64,000 nucleotides of DNA from a virus (Duplodnaviria; Caudoviricetes), in IMG/VR virus record IMGVR_UViG_3300038679_000051, positions 160,001 through 224,000 of that record; one strand, written 5' to 3'. Of the stretch, positions 49,252-58,087 are shown in pieces. A program made the translations under genes and the position numbers. Position 1 is the first letter of the stretch, and every line of letters starts with the position of its first letter. The notes under the pieces were generated by a model, which was not told the DNA's origin, did no database searches, and was given only the letters and a program-made list of their open reading frames with translations.

Positions 49252-49920
49252 CTACGATGTGTGCTGCATTATGTTGACCAATTTTTTCGATCTGTTTCCT
49301 ACTTGTTTATGCCATTTGGAATTGACCATTTCTTTTGCAGCTTTTCCATAATCACGAACCAACAATGCTTTCCGCATTTCGACGAATTTTGCCAGTCTAC
49401 CCGGTCCCAAATTATATGCCATGTCAATTATTATTAATTGGACGTTGTGCGGATGATCGGATAAATTGATAAAAGCGTTTGCATGTTGTCTTGCTGTTCT
49501 TACGTCTCCTCTAAATAAGACATCAATGTCTGTGTTTGAAAGTCGCTGACCCTTCATGATGTCATTTATGTCATATCCAAGTTTTTCTAATTTTTCTGCG
49601 GCATCGGGTCGTTTCAAATTAAAACCGACGCCAATAGTTGGAACACCCATCGTGTCCAAATAGACTTTATCTCTTCTTCCTTCGTGTGGTTCGATAAATG
49701 CCATCACCATATCATCCGACAATGTTTGTGTTTGAATAGGTAATTTTTGTGTTGATTGTGGTGTTGGTGTTGATTGTGGTGTTGGCATTGATATTGATTG
49801 CGACTGGCGTGGATGTGTGTCTATGTTCGTTGGCATGGTCAATGCAGCCGCACCAATCATAGCCGCATTTCTTATGAATTTTGGCCATGCTGGAGCTTCA
49901 TGTAGTTGGGTTAATTTCAT
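49252..49920 (-). CDS. GH24 (T4-type) lysozyme with N-terminal extension
   Basis: HEGRRDKVYLDTMGVPTIGVG catalytic E-x8-D-x5-T; DMAYNLG; SKWHKQVGNR. Confidence 0.92.
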   Translation of the reverse strand: MKLTQLHEAPAWPKFIRNAAMIGAAALTMPTNIDTHPRQSQSISMPTPQSTPTPQSTQKLPIQTQTLSDDMVMAFIEPHEGRRDKVYLDTMGVPTIGVGFNLKRPDAAEKLEKLGYDINDIMKGQRLSNTDIDVLFRGDVRTARQHANAFINLSDHPHNVQLIIIDMAYNLGPGRLAKFVEMRKALLVRDYGKAAKEMVNSKWHKQVGNRSKKLVNIMQHTS

Positions 49921-49981
49921 ATGATATTTTTTATCAATGTAGGTTCTTTTGCAAATATATCGTTAAGGGAGGAGCAAACCA

Positions 49982-50590
49982 ATGGGTGGATTAATCTCTG
50001 ACATCATTCCGTTTGAAATTAAGAAATGTGATCGGATAATGGTGGAGGGCGCGTCAGGGTCGCGTCCAGTTACTAGAGTGTCTGGCATTTTCCAGCGTGC
50101 AAATGTTGTAAACGCTAATGGTAGGATGTATCCAAGGAAAGTATTATCTAAAGCGGTTGATGCTCTACAAGAGGCAGTGAAATGCCGATCGGTGCTGGGT
50201 GAATTTGATCATCCAACTGACGCCAAAATTCATATGGATAGAGCATGCCAATTAATCACCAAAGTGTGGATGGAAGGTGACAACGTTTATGGTGAATGTG
50301 AAATATTAGAAGACATGCCATGTGGCAAAATGTTGAAGACTTTGATTGACAATAAAGTGCGCGTGTCGGTTTCGTCTCGTGGCGTTGGCGACATGGAATC
50401 AATCAAAGAGGGAGATAAAGAATATCAAAAAGTAATGGATGGTTATACTATTGTGACATGGGATACCGTACATGAACCGAGCGTGAAGGGAACTGAGTTG
50501 AGTGTGATGGAAAGTAGAAATCGCATGCTCGATCTTAAGGTGCAATTCGAGCATGAATTGTTGGAAGAAATCAAAGACATGTTGAGGTGA
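49982..50590 (+). CDS. gp21: prohead protease (T4 gp21-like)
   Basis: NANGRMYP, GEFDHP, VSSRGVG, WDTVHEPS. Confidence 0.95.
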   Translation: MGGLISDIIPFEIKKCDRIMVEGASGSRPVTRVSGIFQRANVVNANGRMYPRKVLSKAVDALQEAVKCRSVLGEFDHPTDAKIHMDRACQLITKVWMEGDNVYGECEILEDMPCGKMLKTLIDNKVRVSVSSRGVGDMESIKEGDKEYQKVMDGYTIVTWDTVHEPSVKGTELSVMESRNRMLDLKVQFEHELLEEIKDMLR

Positions 50591-50660
50591 TAAAATGGAT
50601 TTTAAAAGTAAATTATGCATGATTTTGGAAAAAATAACGATAAGAGAGGATCAATATAAA

Positions 50661-50759
50661 ATGCCGTCTGCAGCGCATCGTCTACGTCAGACGTCATATC
50701 GTTCATCATTCGGGAAATCACCGTCGTTTGGTGGTGTAACAAATGGAAAGGCGAAATAA
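50661..50759 (+). CDS. 32-aa basic small protein, not in ORF track
   Basis: GAGAGGA SD; MPSAAHRLRQTSYRSSFGKSPSFGGVTNGKAK. Confidence 0.45.
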   Translation: MPSAAHRLRQTSYRSSFGKSPSFGGVTNGKAK

Positions 50760-50761
50760 CC

Positions 50762-51019
50762 ATGTCCATTAGAAATTATTTTGGAGGTGCTTCTGGTTAT
50801 TATGGCTCATCTAATAAGATGAATGGCCATAAAATGATGTGCAATGAATGGGCACCACAGCAACCGGTATTGATGGCAGTAGTCGTGAGACAGCCATTGA
50901 TGCAGTTGCAACCGCCGCTGTGTTCTGGTTTTACCTATCTTGATGGTACGTCTAGAAGATTTGGGCCTAGTCGTGGTTTTTATAAATCTCGATATTTTGG
51001 ACCGATTTCTCAATATTAG
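50762..51019 (+). CDS. small basic hypothetical protein
   Basis: 85-aa ORF coupled to the previous one. Confidence 0.55.
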   Translation: MSIRNYFGGASGYYGSSNKMNGHKMMCNEWAPQQPVLMAVVVRQPLMQLQPPLCSGFTYLDGTSRRFGPSRGFYKSRYFGPISQY

Positions 51020-51024
51020 GGTAA

Positions 51025-51594
51025 TTATAGTATCTCTAGGATTTTCTTCTCATTAATCTCTGACAACCACACATATCTAAACCTTGGCATCAATGCATTA
51101 ACGAATGTCTCTTTTGCTTTTGCGCTTTTTTGCATTTCCTCTGTGTTTCTTCTAGCGTCAAGCAATATTTGTCCATCACTGTCGGGATAAAGGAGAACAT
51201 CAAATACGTAGAATGCTTCTTTATATCGTTTCTTATATGGTATGTTCATTTTGTCGAGAATTGGGTAGATATTTAGTCCCTTTTTCTTTATTGCTATCAT
51301 CATAGATATTTTGGTTTTATTATCATCGCTTCGTATAATTTTTAACATTTTTTCCTTGTTTTCTGATTTTGACCACCATTTCTTCATTCTTTGGCTTTTT
51401 TGTTGCCAGTCGTTTCGTGCGATAATTTTTTCCGCCAATTTTCTTCTATTATCTTCATTTTTAAAGAAATTTTTTGTGCGTTCAGAACATTTTGATTTTA
51501 ATTCTTCATTTGCATATGTTTTTTTAAGGGTGTTTATCGTTCGTCGTCGTCTACCATCGTTCCATTGTTGTTTTAATGATTCACTTCTAGTCAT
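51025..51594 (-). CDS. NUMOD3-like repeats plus degenerate PD-(D/E)xK domain (homing-endonuclease-like)
   Basis: basic helical repeats (SERTK, SQRMKKWW, KTKIS) followed by YVFDVLLY...ILLD. Confidence 0.5.
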   Translation of the reverse strand: MTRSESLKQQWNDGRRRRTINTLKKTYANEELKSKCSERTKNFFKNEDNRRKLAEKIIARNDWQQKSQRMKKWWSKSENKEKMLKIIRSDDNKTKISMMIAIKKKGLNIYPILDKMNIPYKKRYKEAFYVFDVLLYPDSDGQILLDARRNTEEMQKSAKAKETFVNALMPRFRYVWLSEINEKKILEIL

Positions 51595-51853
51595 ATCTTA
51601 TCTGTCTAATTGCTTTTTGTTTCGGGCGTATTTTATGAAATATACAACCAAATGTGTCCTCAACATGCAAACTCTTGTTCCAAATCAGTTGACTATTAGT
51701 AGGCATCAATGCTTTGGCTAATATTTCACAGCGACCATTAGATTTATGCCATACACTTCTCCGGAAATGTTTGCACGTTATGCATTTTTTCATGTTAAGT
51801 GAAATACATCTTATTTGAGTAACATTTTCGAATTTCTTTTCCATATTTTCCAC
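51587..51853 (-). CDS. small Cys-rich protein
   Basis: CITCKHF...C...FGC. Confidence 0.6.
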   Translation of the reverse strand: MENMEKKFENVTQIRCISLNMKKCITCKHFRRSVWHKSNGRCEILAKALMPTNSQLIWNKSLHVEDTFGCIFHKIRPKQKAIRQIRYD

Positions 51854-51961
51854 ATTAACAAATATGTTATTAGTGTCAAATTTACTCCAGATGCCAGAAA
51901 TGGCGAAACCGATGATTGGTCGCAGTAGATGACTAAATCATCAAGACAAAGGAGAAACGAG

Positions 51962-53041
51962 ATGGAAAAGATCAAGGACCTGTTGGGAAAGATTGGTGCT
52001 AGTAAGCAGTTGCAGGAAGCATTGATCGTTGAACTTGACAATTTCGTCAAGACAACTGAGGCGAAGTACGAGAAGTTGTTTAAAGAGCGCAAAGAAAAGG
52101 CCGTCAAGGTTTGTACGGAAGAAGTTGAGAACTACAAACGTGAATTGGCCGGAAAAGTTGCGGTCTTTCTTGAGAGCAAACAGGCTCAAATGGCTCGTGC
52201 GAATGAGAAGCAGCTTGCGTTGGAAGGATCAGAGGCCGCTGACAAGCTAAGCAGGGTTAAAGCTGTCGTCGAAGGCATCAAATTGAATGATGCCGGTGCC
52301 GTTACCAACGAAAATAAGCAGCTCCATGAGCGTGCCCTGGCCCTTGAGCAAGCCAATGCTCGCTTGATTGCCGAACGTGACCTGACCACCAAACGAGCAG
52401 TTCGTGCCCAGACGATTGCTAATGATGTGTTGAAGGCGAATCGTTTACTGGAATCGAAGCTCCAAAAGGGTGAGACGGTTAAAGAGGAGTTCAACACAAA
52501 GGTTTTGTCAGTAGATGAGAAACAACATCTATTGGCTGACCTGCGTGATGTTCTTGCTGGCCAAGGTGGCACGGAAGAGATGAAGAGTAAGCTTCAGAAT
52601 ATGGTTACCAATTTAGAAACTGAATTGGAACCTGAAGCCAAAGTCGGCGGTGAAGATGTGACTGGTGCTGTTGCTGAAGCTGACACTGAAGCTGGCACTG
52701 AAGTTGCTGCTGAAGCTGGTACTGAAGCTGGTACTGAAGCTGTTGCTGAAGCTGGCGCTGGAGCTGGCGCTGAAGTTGCTGCTGAAGCTGACGATGAAAT
52801 TGCAGGGGTTGCTGACAGCATGGATGCTGACGATGATGCCAAAGAGCATCCAGTACTGCCGTCAAAACTCAGCGGTTCACCGCCGTTCGACGGAGAAGTT
52901 GTCGAATTCGCGGACAAGAAGGCTGGCAAAGTGGTTACAGAGAGTTTGAAATCTCTACGCACCAAACCAGCTACCACCATCAAAACAAAAGCCAAAACGG
53001 CGGTCGATCCGATCAGTGCCATTGCTGATATGGTCGATTAA
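51962..53041 (+). CDS. prohead scaffold (gp22-like)
   Basis: coiled coil, acidic EAGTE repeats, between protease and capsid genes; AGGAG SD. Confidence 0.75.
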   Translation: MEKIKDLLGKIGASKQLQEALIVELDNFVKTTEAKYEKLFKERKEKAVKVCTEEVENYKRELAGKVAVFLESKQAQMARANEKQLALEGSEAADKLSRVKAVVEGIKLNDAGAVTNENKQLHERALALEQANARLIAERDLTTKRAVRAQTIANDVLKANRLLESKLQKGETVKEEFNTKVLSVDEKQHLLADLRDVLAGQGGTEEMKSKLQNMVTNLETELEPEAKVGGEDVTGAVAEADTEAGTEVAAEAGTEAGTEAVAEAGAGAGAEVAAEADDEIAGVADSMDADDDAKEHPVLPSKLSGSPPFDGEVVEFADKKAGKVVTESLKSLRTKPATTIKTKAKTAVDPISAIADMVD

Positions 53042-53068
53042 CCACCCCCATGGGTGAAAGGACATAAC

Positions 53069-54592
53069 ATGTCGCAAACGCTTACAGAAGCACGCGAGAC
53101 GATGCTTCTTCAAGAGAGTAAAAAGAATCAGATCGTAGAGAAGTGGATGCCGGTTCTTAAGAAGATGCCGGAAGTCGGCAAACGCAAAGTGGCATTGATT
53201 GCGACTTTGCTTGAGAACCAGCACAATTCGATGAATGCCAGGCGTTCCAGCTCGTTGTTGAGCGAAGAGACCACCACCACCAACAACGTTGCGGATTTTA
53301 CCCGGTTTGCTCTGCCGTTGATCCGCAAGTCGTTCCCTCGGTTGATTGCTGACAATTTGGTCGGCGTACAGCCGATGTCAACTCCAGCCAGTTTGATCTT
53401 CTACATCCGCTATCGTTATGGTCTGAATAAAGGCCAGACGGTTGCTGGTACGCAGATCATGCGCCAAAATACGGCCAACCAATTTGCTCGTCAAAATGGT
53501 TGGGCGTTGGACCCCTACTACAGCAGCCAGACCGTTCGGAAAGAAACTCTGACGGTCAGCGGTGGTGGTTTGGTCATTTCTGGTACGTTGTTGCACAAGC
53601 CTGTCCTCGCTGGTACGGTCGTCGTAAGCGTCTATCCAGATGCTGATACGGCTTGCACCGAAGCCGATCCTTGCTTGCAGGTCATTTTTGATAGCAATGG
53701 TGAAGCTTCTACCGTGTTGGTTGGTACTGGTTCAAGTTGTCCTTCTTTCGTGGTTGATGCTGGCGTTACTACTACGCATTTCGATCACGATACGGCTTCC
53801 GTCCAAATCACTCTGACCGGCACGGCCATCCCAGCTGGGTATGTTGCGTATGCCGATTATGAATATGATTTGGAAAACAATCCATTCCAGCCAGAAGTGA
53901 CGTTGAGCATTGATTCCGACAGCGTTTCTGCTTCTACTCGAAAGTTGAAAACCTCTTGGTCCATCGAAGCTGCACAGGATCTTAAGAGCGTTCACAACAT
54001 CGACGCAGAATCTACGTTGACGGATCTGATGGCCGATGAAATGGTTGCGGAAATCGACCGCGAAATCATCAACGATTTGATCATCGCTGCTGCGATTCGT
54101 GCGAATCACAATTTTGCCACCGCTGCCGGAGCATCCGTGAATTTCACTGACCGGAACATTGCGTTGCTCTATAAGACGCTGGAAGTCGCCAACATCATCC
54201 ACAGAACCACTCTTCGTGGTCCGGCCAATTGGATGGTTACGTCGGCTGACATCAGCTCTAAGTTTGAACAACTCAACGATTTCCGTGGCAGTGATGCATT
54301 GGCGGAAGACGGAATTGACGTTGGCATCGTCAAAGCTGGCACGATTCAAGGCAAGTTGAAACTCTACAAGGATCCGTTGTTCCCCAACTGCAAAATCCTG
54401 TTGGGCTTCAAAGGTTCTTCGGTGCTTGATAGCGGATACTTCTACGCACCTTACATTCCGCTTCTGAGCACTCCTACCGTGTTGGATCCGAACAGCTTCA
54501 CGCCCAATAAAGGGATCATGACTCGGTATGGCAAGAAACTGATCGAGGATGGTTCGTTGTTCTACGGCACGATCAATGTAACAAATCTATAA
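53069..54592 (+). CDS. gp23: major capsid protein (T4 gp23-like)
   Basis: LIADNLVGVQPMSTP, RKLKTSWSIEAAQDL, EIDREII, GYFYAPYIPL, GIMTRYG. Confidence 0.97.
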   Translation: MSQTLTEARETMLLQESKKNQIVEKWMPVLKKMPEVGKRKVALIATLLENQHNSMNARRSSSLLSEETTTTNNVADFTRFALPLIRKSFPRLIADNLVGVQPMSTPASLIFYIRYRYGLNKGQTVAGTQIMRQNTANQFARQNGWALDPYYSSQTVRKETLTVSGGGLVISGTLLHKPVLAGTVVVSVYPDADTACTEADPCLQVIFDSNGEASTVLVGTGSSCPSFVVDAGVTTTHFDHDTASVQITLTGTAIPAGYVAYADYEYDLENNPFQPEVTLSIDSDSVSASTRKLKTSWSIEAAQDLKSVHNIDAESTLTDLMADEMVAEIDREIINDLIIAAAIRANHNFATAAGASVNFTDRNIALLYKTLEVANIIHRTTLRGPANWMVTSADISSKFEQLNDFRGSDALAEDGIDVGIVKAGTIQGKLKLYKDPLFPNCKILLGFKGSSVLDSGYFYAPYIPLLSTPTVLDPNSFTPNKGIMTRYGKKLIEDGSLFYGTINVTNL

Positions 54593-54606
54593 CGAGTCAC
54601 AATGTT

Positions 54607-54831
54607 TTACACTAAGAGCCAGGATATCCTGGCTCTTAGTGTATTTATGTGTACGCAAGAAACGGTGCTACCATTGGCTACTACGGTGATTACTCCCATA
54701 AATGAACCATTCGCGCCGTTTTTTGTTCCGGCCAACCATGGAAGCCCACAATGATTGGCTTCTACATAACCAGTCCCTGGCACTTCATCACCTGGCTCAA
54801 GAACATTCGTTCCGTCTTCTAAATTCATCAT
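54607..54831 (-). CDS. possible small protein
   Basis: 74-aa ORF with GGA upstream; runs into the palindrome. Confidence 0.35.
   Translation of the reverse strand: MMNLEDGTNVLEPGDEVPGTGYVEANHCGLPWLAGTKNGANGSFMGVITVVANGSTVSCVHINTLRARISWLLV
54608..54650 (+). terminator. intrinsic terminator after the capsid gene (36-bp perfect palindrome)
   Basis: tacactaagagccaggatatcctggctcttagtgta followed by tttatgt. Confidence 0.8.
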
Positions 54832-54832
54832 T

Positions 54833-55816
54833 TTATTTCCTTTCTACTTCCGGTTTGGACTCTTGTTGTATTTGTATACTTCGCTTTTCGACGATTGTGC
54901 TGCCCACTCGTTTTAATCGTTTCCATTCATCGTCCACACACCACTTACACCTCACCTTGTTTATTCGTCCTTTGCAGAAATAAATTTTGTGGCCCTTGCG
55001 CAACGTTCTGGATATGCGCGGTGGTTTCAATTTAGTCAACGTCGCTACAGTCTCTATCATTGATTTCATTGTGTGTTCACCATCAATGTTCAATAAAGCA
55101 TCTTCGATCACACCAATCGTACGCATGGACGCAGAATTTAATGCTTTGACTCCTGGCCATGGTCTAGCATTGAAATTGTCTAATTTAGAACTAATGCCAG
55201 ACATTTTGTTTCTGATCGCAATAATTGATATTTTTATTAATTGTCGTATACGTTCTCTGCTAATATTATGAATCTCGCCTATTTGTCTAAGATTCATACG
55301 TTGGCATAAAATGCCATAATAACGTTTAATCATGTCTGTTTGTCGTTCAGGCAATGAATCAATCATAGACAGTATGTCGTCGAATCGTTCTAGACCGTGG
55401 ATTGTGCGGGCTGTGTTTAGAGATCTATAATCATACAATATGTCGTCGGATGGTTCTAATCCCATTGATAACAATTGTGGTGATTTACTCGTACGCACCA
55501 TGCCAATTTGACGTAATTGCTGTTTGATGCTAGTATATAATCGTTGCCGTGCCCAAAAGAATGCATATGTCGAGAATTTGCCCAATTCTGGATTATAACG
55601 TTCAGCTGCAGTGATTATACCTATTGATGCTTCGGCAATGCAATCGTGTCTATTCATACCAGCTAATCGTCTCAGACCATAGAAATGGTGTCTAACTATT
55701 TCGATAGCTACCCAGTGATGGTCCTCTACCAGTTTCTGTTGGTCTCTTGTCAGCATATGCCTCTCACAATCTATCGACGTCGATTTTCTCGTTTTATTTT
55801 TATCGTTACTCCTCAT
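54833..55816 (-). CDS. sigma70-family RNA polymerase sigma factor with C-terminal extension
   Basis: region 2 DCIAEASIGIITAAERYNPELGKFSTYAFFWARQ; region 4 NLRQIGEIHNISRERIRQL; start uncertain. Confidence 0.88.
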   Translation of the reverse strand: MRSNDKNKTRKSTSIDCERHMLTRDQQKLVEDHHWVAIEIVRHHFYGLRRLAGMNRHDCIAEASIGIITAAERYNPELGKFSTYAFFWARQRLYTSIKQQLRQIGMVRTSKSPQLLSMGLEPSDDILYDYRSLNTARTIHGLERFDDILSMIDSLPERQTDMIKRYYGILCQRMNLRQIGEIHNISRERIRQLIKISIIAIRNKMSGISSKLDNFNARPWPGVKALNSASMRTIGVIEDALLNIDGEHTMKSMIETVATLTKLKPPRISRTLRKGHKIYFCKGRINKVRCKWCVDDEWKRLKRVGSTIVEKRSIQIQQESKPEVERK

Positions 55817-55876
55817 TTTGTAAATGTCGAGCAAAAATTGTAGTATTTGAGGAAATAAACATGGGGGCAAAGATCA

Positions 55877-56182
55877 ATGGAATACCAGACGTTGGTTAAT
55901 GAAGTCAAGAGGCTTAGCATTAGAATAGCCAAGTTGGAATCTGTCGGGTTTGATGACTCAGATGACGTTTATGAATTTGTTGAACCACATGTTACTGGTG
56001 GACGTTGTGTCGTTAGATTGCAGCGTAAGACGATAATAAATAATATGCGCACATGTGAACAACACAAAACTAAAAGGAAACTAACAACCGATGACGAATT
56101 GGTTGATGAATTTTGTACGACACATTATGCCTATAAGATCAAATCTTCTAAATCATTTACGATGCGACATAATGTGATATGA
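55877..56182 (+). CDS. hypothetical protein
   Basis: 101-aa ORF. Confidence 0.65.
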   Translation: MEYQTLVNEVKRLSIRIAKLESVGFDDSDDVYEFVEPHVTGGRCVVRLQRKTIINNMRTCEQHKTKRKLTTDDELVDEFCTTHYAYKIKSSKSFTMRHNVI

Positions 56183-56204
56183 TGGTCATGAGGAGGAAAT
56201 TTCC

Positions 56205-56489
56205 ATGCAGAGTGAATTTTTGAGTGATCAAAGTGAATGTACGACAGAAACAATAAAGCAGATCATTGATGCGGTGCGTAGGTCGCCACGTTTGTCTAAA
56301 ATTGTCAGTAAGCATCAAGATGAGATAATAATAAAAGCGATTTCTGATGAATCTATATTATTTTATAACATCATCACATTTATGGTTGATCCAAAATTGT
56401 CAATCAGGAGAATCAGTGAACTACAAGCCAATCAATCTATGGATCCAGCGGTCCGTCTAGAGAAATGGCTGAAGGATCGGCAATCTTAG
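56205..56489 (+). CDS. hypothetical protein
   Basis: GAGGAGG SD. Confidence 0.7.
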   Translation: MQSEFLSDQSECTTETIKQIIDAVRRSPRLSKIVSKHQDEIIIKAISDESILFYNIITFMVDPKLSIRRISELQANQSMDPAVRLEKWLKDRQS

Positions 56490-56515
56490 TATTTCAAAAA
56501 TAGAAAGGAGAAACC

Positions 56516-57283
56516 ATGAATAAATTAGGAAATGCGAAAAAATTCGTAGCACAGGCTATGGGCAGTTTAGGTCGAATTTGGGAGATGGTTCCAAATTCTG
56601 AGGATAATTTTTTCTGGATGTCGATGATGCATGTCGACGGTAGGATAATAACGGCAGATTTCTCCGCATTATTTAATAACGTTCCAGATGACGTTAATCC
56701 AAGGCAAGCTAAAGAAATTATTTCTGATGCCATCAACATTGTGACTTATGAACATAAAATAATGGAAGCCGTCATATGTTATAATTCGACAATCTCACCA
56801 TATCACAATACATATGGTTCGAGCACCGTGGTGGCGTTCAATTATCATGGAATTCTGGGGCAGAAATTCAATTTCCGGCCAATTTGTATCATCGACGATA
56901 TGAAGATCAGCGATAGACCATATTTAGGTAAATGTGACAAACCAATAGGCGACGTGACGAAATGGATGGATGCTAAGCCGGATTTGTTCAGAGATTTGGT
57001 GCCACATCAAAAGGTTAGATTGGACATAACTCAACACGAGGATCGATGGTATCTTAGCGTGTGTGATTTAGCACCAAAAGTTCTGCCGAATGCGACTGTC
57101 AATGGTTTTAAATCTAGATTTGAGGCCATCGAACATATAAAGATGATTGAGGAAGTAATGCAAACGTACAACGCAGAAAAAAGCGTTTTGCAAAAAATAA
57201 ATCGTGAATTTTACGCAGAGAGAAAACGGCGTTGTCCAATCAAGATGGGGATAAATTATGGCGGAATTGATAAACCTTGGTAA
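56516..57283 (+). CDS. hypothetical protein
   Basis: AAGGAG SD, 255 aa. Confidence 0.75.
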   Translation: MNKLGNAKKFVAQAMGSLGRIWEMVPNSEDNFFWMSMMHVDGRIITADFSALFNNVPDDVNPRQAKEIISDAINIVTYEHKIMEAVICYNSTISPYHNTYGSSTVVAFNYHGILGQKFNFRPICIIDDMKISDRPYLGKCDKPIGDVTKWMDAKPDLFRDLVPHQKVRLDITQHEDRWYLSVCDLAPKVLPNATVNGFKSRFEAIEHIKMIEEVMQTYNAEKSVLQKINREFYAERKRRCPIKMGINYGGIDKPW

Positions 57284-57815
57284 TGGCAAAATAGTATATG
57301 TGACGTTTTCTGATGAGTCGGAGAGGCGTGATTTCGATAACATTAAAATTAAAGACAATTTATTGACTGCGTATAGATGGTGGTTGGGAAGACATAAAAA
57401 GAAATCATCCAAAACGAATAAAACACCCAAAACACCACCTAAAACGCCGCCATCATTATTTGACGATGTTCAGGTTCCTTTTAAAAAGAAGTTGAGAGCG
57501 ATAATGGAGGAACCGCATATGTTTTGGTATCCGAAGCCAGACACACCAATCACCATACCGGGAACTGACATGTCATTCAAATTTGGTTTTGATCTGCGTT
57601 TGGAGAGATGGGCACCACATCTCTATAATGATTATTTGCGGGCGATTACGAGAGAAGGCATAGTCGGTAATACTCCAGGCGGGTGGCAATATATGGTATT
57701 GCCACCGGGGAAAAATCCTATTTTTAGACCAGCGACCGCAGATGAAGTCGAGCGATGTCTGAAGCTTCCGGATGAATGGCTACAGCGCATCGTGATTGAT
57801 GATTGGGGTGATTAA
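57258..57815 (+). CDS. hypothetical protein
   Basis: 185-aa ORF. Confidence 0.7.
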   Translation: MAELINLGNGKIVYVTFSDESERRDFDNIKIKDNLLTAYRWWLGRHKKKSSKTNKTPKTPPKTPPSLFDDVQVPFKKKLRAIMEEPHMFWYPKPDTPITIPGTDMSFKFGFDLRLERWAPHLYNDYLRAITREGIVGNTPGGWQYMVLPPGKNPIFRPATADEVERCLKLPDEWLQRIVIDDWGD

Positions 57816-58050
57816 GATGATGGTATGTAAGATAATTGAAGAGAGTTCTGATGGACATGTCAGAATCACACGCGGGGATAATTTTTTGATTGTAGGTGGT
57901 AGTGAAGAATCACATGTGTCATTACAAAACACAATCATGACGTTGAGTGATAAATTAAATGATAGAGATTTATCATCGCCTGAAATAGTGGAAATCCTAA
58001 ATGAATTGAATTTTGGCGACATTAAGTCGGTCGAATCGATCGATTTATAG
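57796..58050 (+). CDS. hypothetical protein
   Basis: 84-aa ORF. Confidence 0.6.
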   Translation: MMIGVIKMMVCKIIEESSDGHVRITRGDNFLIVGGSEESHVSLQNTIMTLSDKLNDRDLSSPEIVEILNELNFGDIKSVESIDL

Positions 58051-58087
58051 AGTTAATCTTGCTGTCGTTCCATAGTATTTCAACGAC

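Noticed and set aside
51881-51928. Hammerhead ribozyme
   Set aside because: CGAAAC...GUC and stems are present, but the CUGAnGA core is not (CCAGAU)
54608-54643. Telomere-resolvase or hairpin-end site
   Set aside because: Position just after gp23 with a downstream T-rich run fits an ordinary terminator; no protelomerase seen
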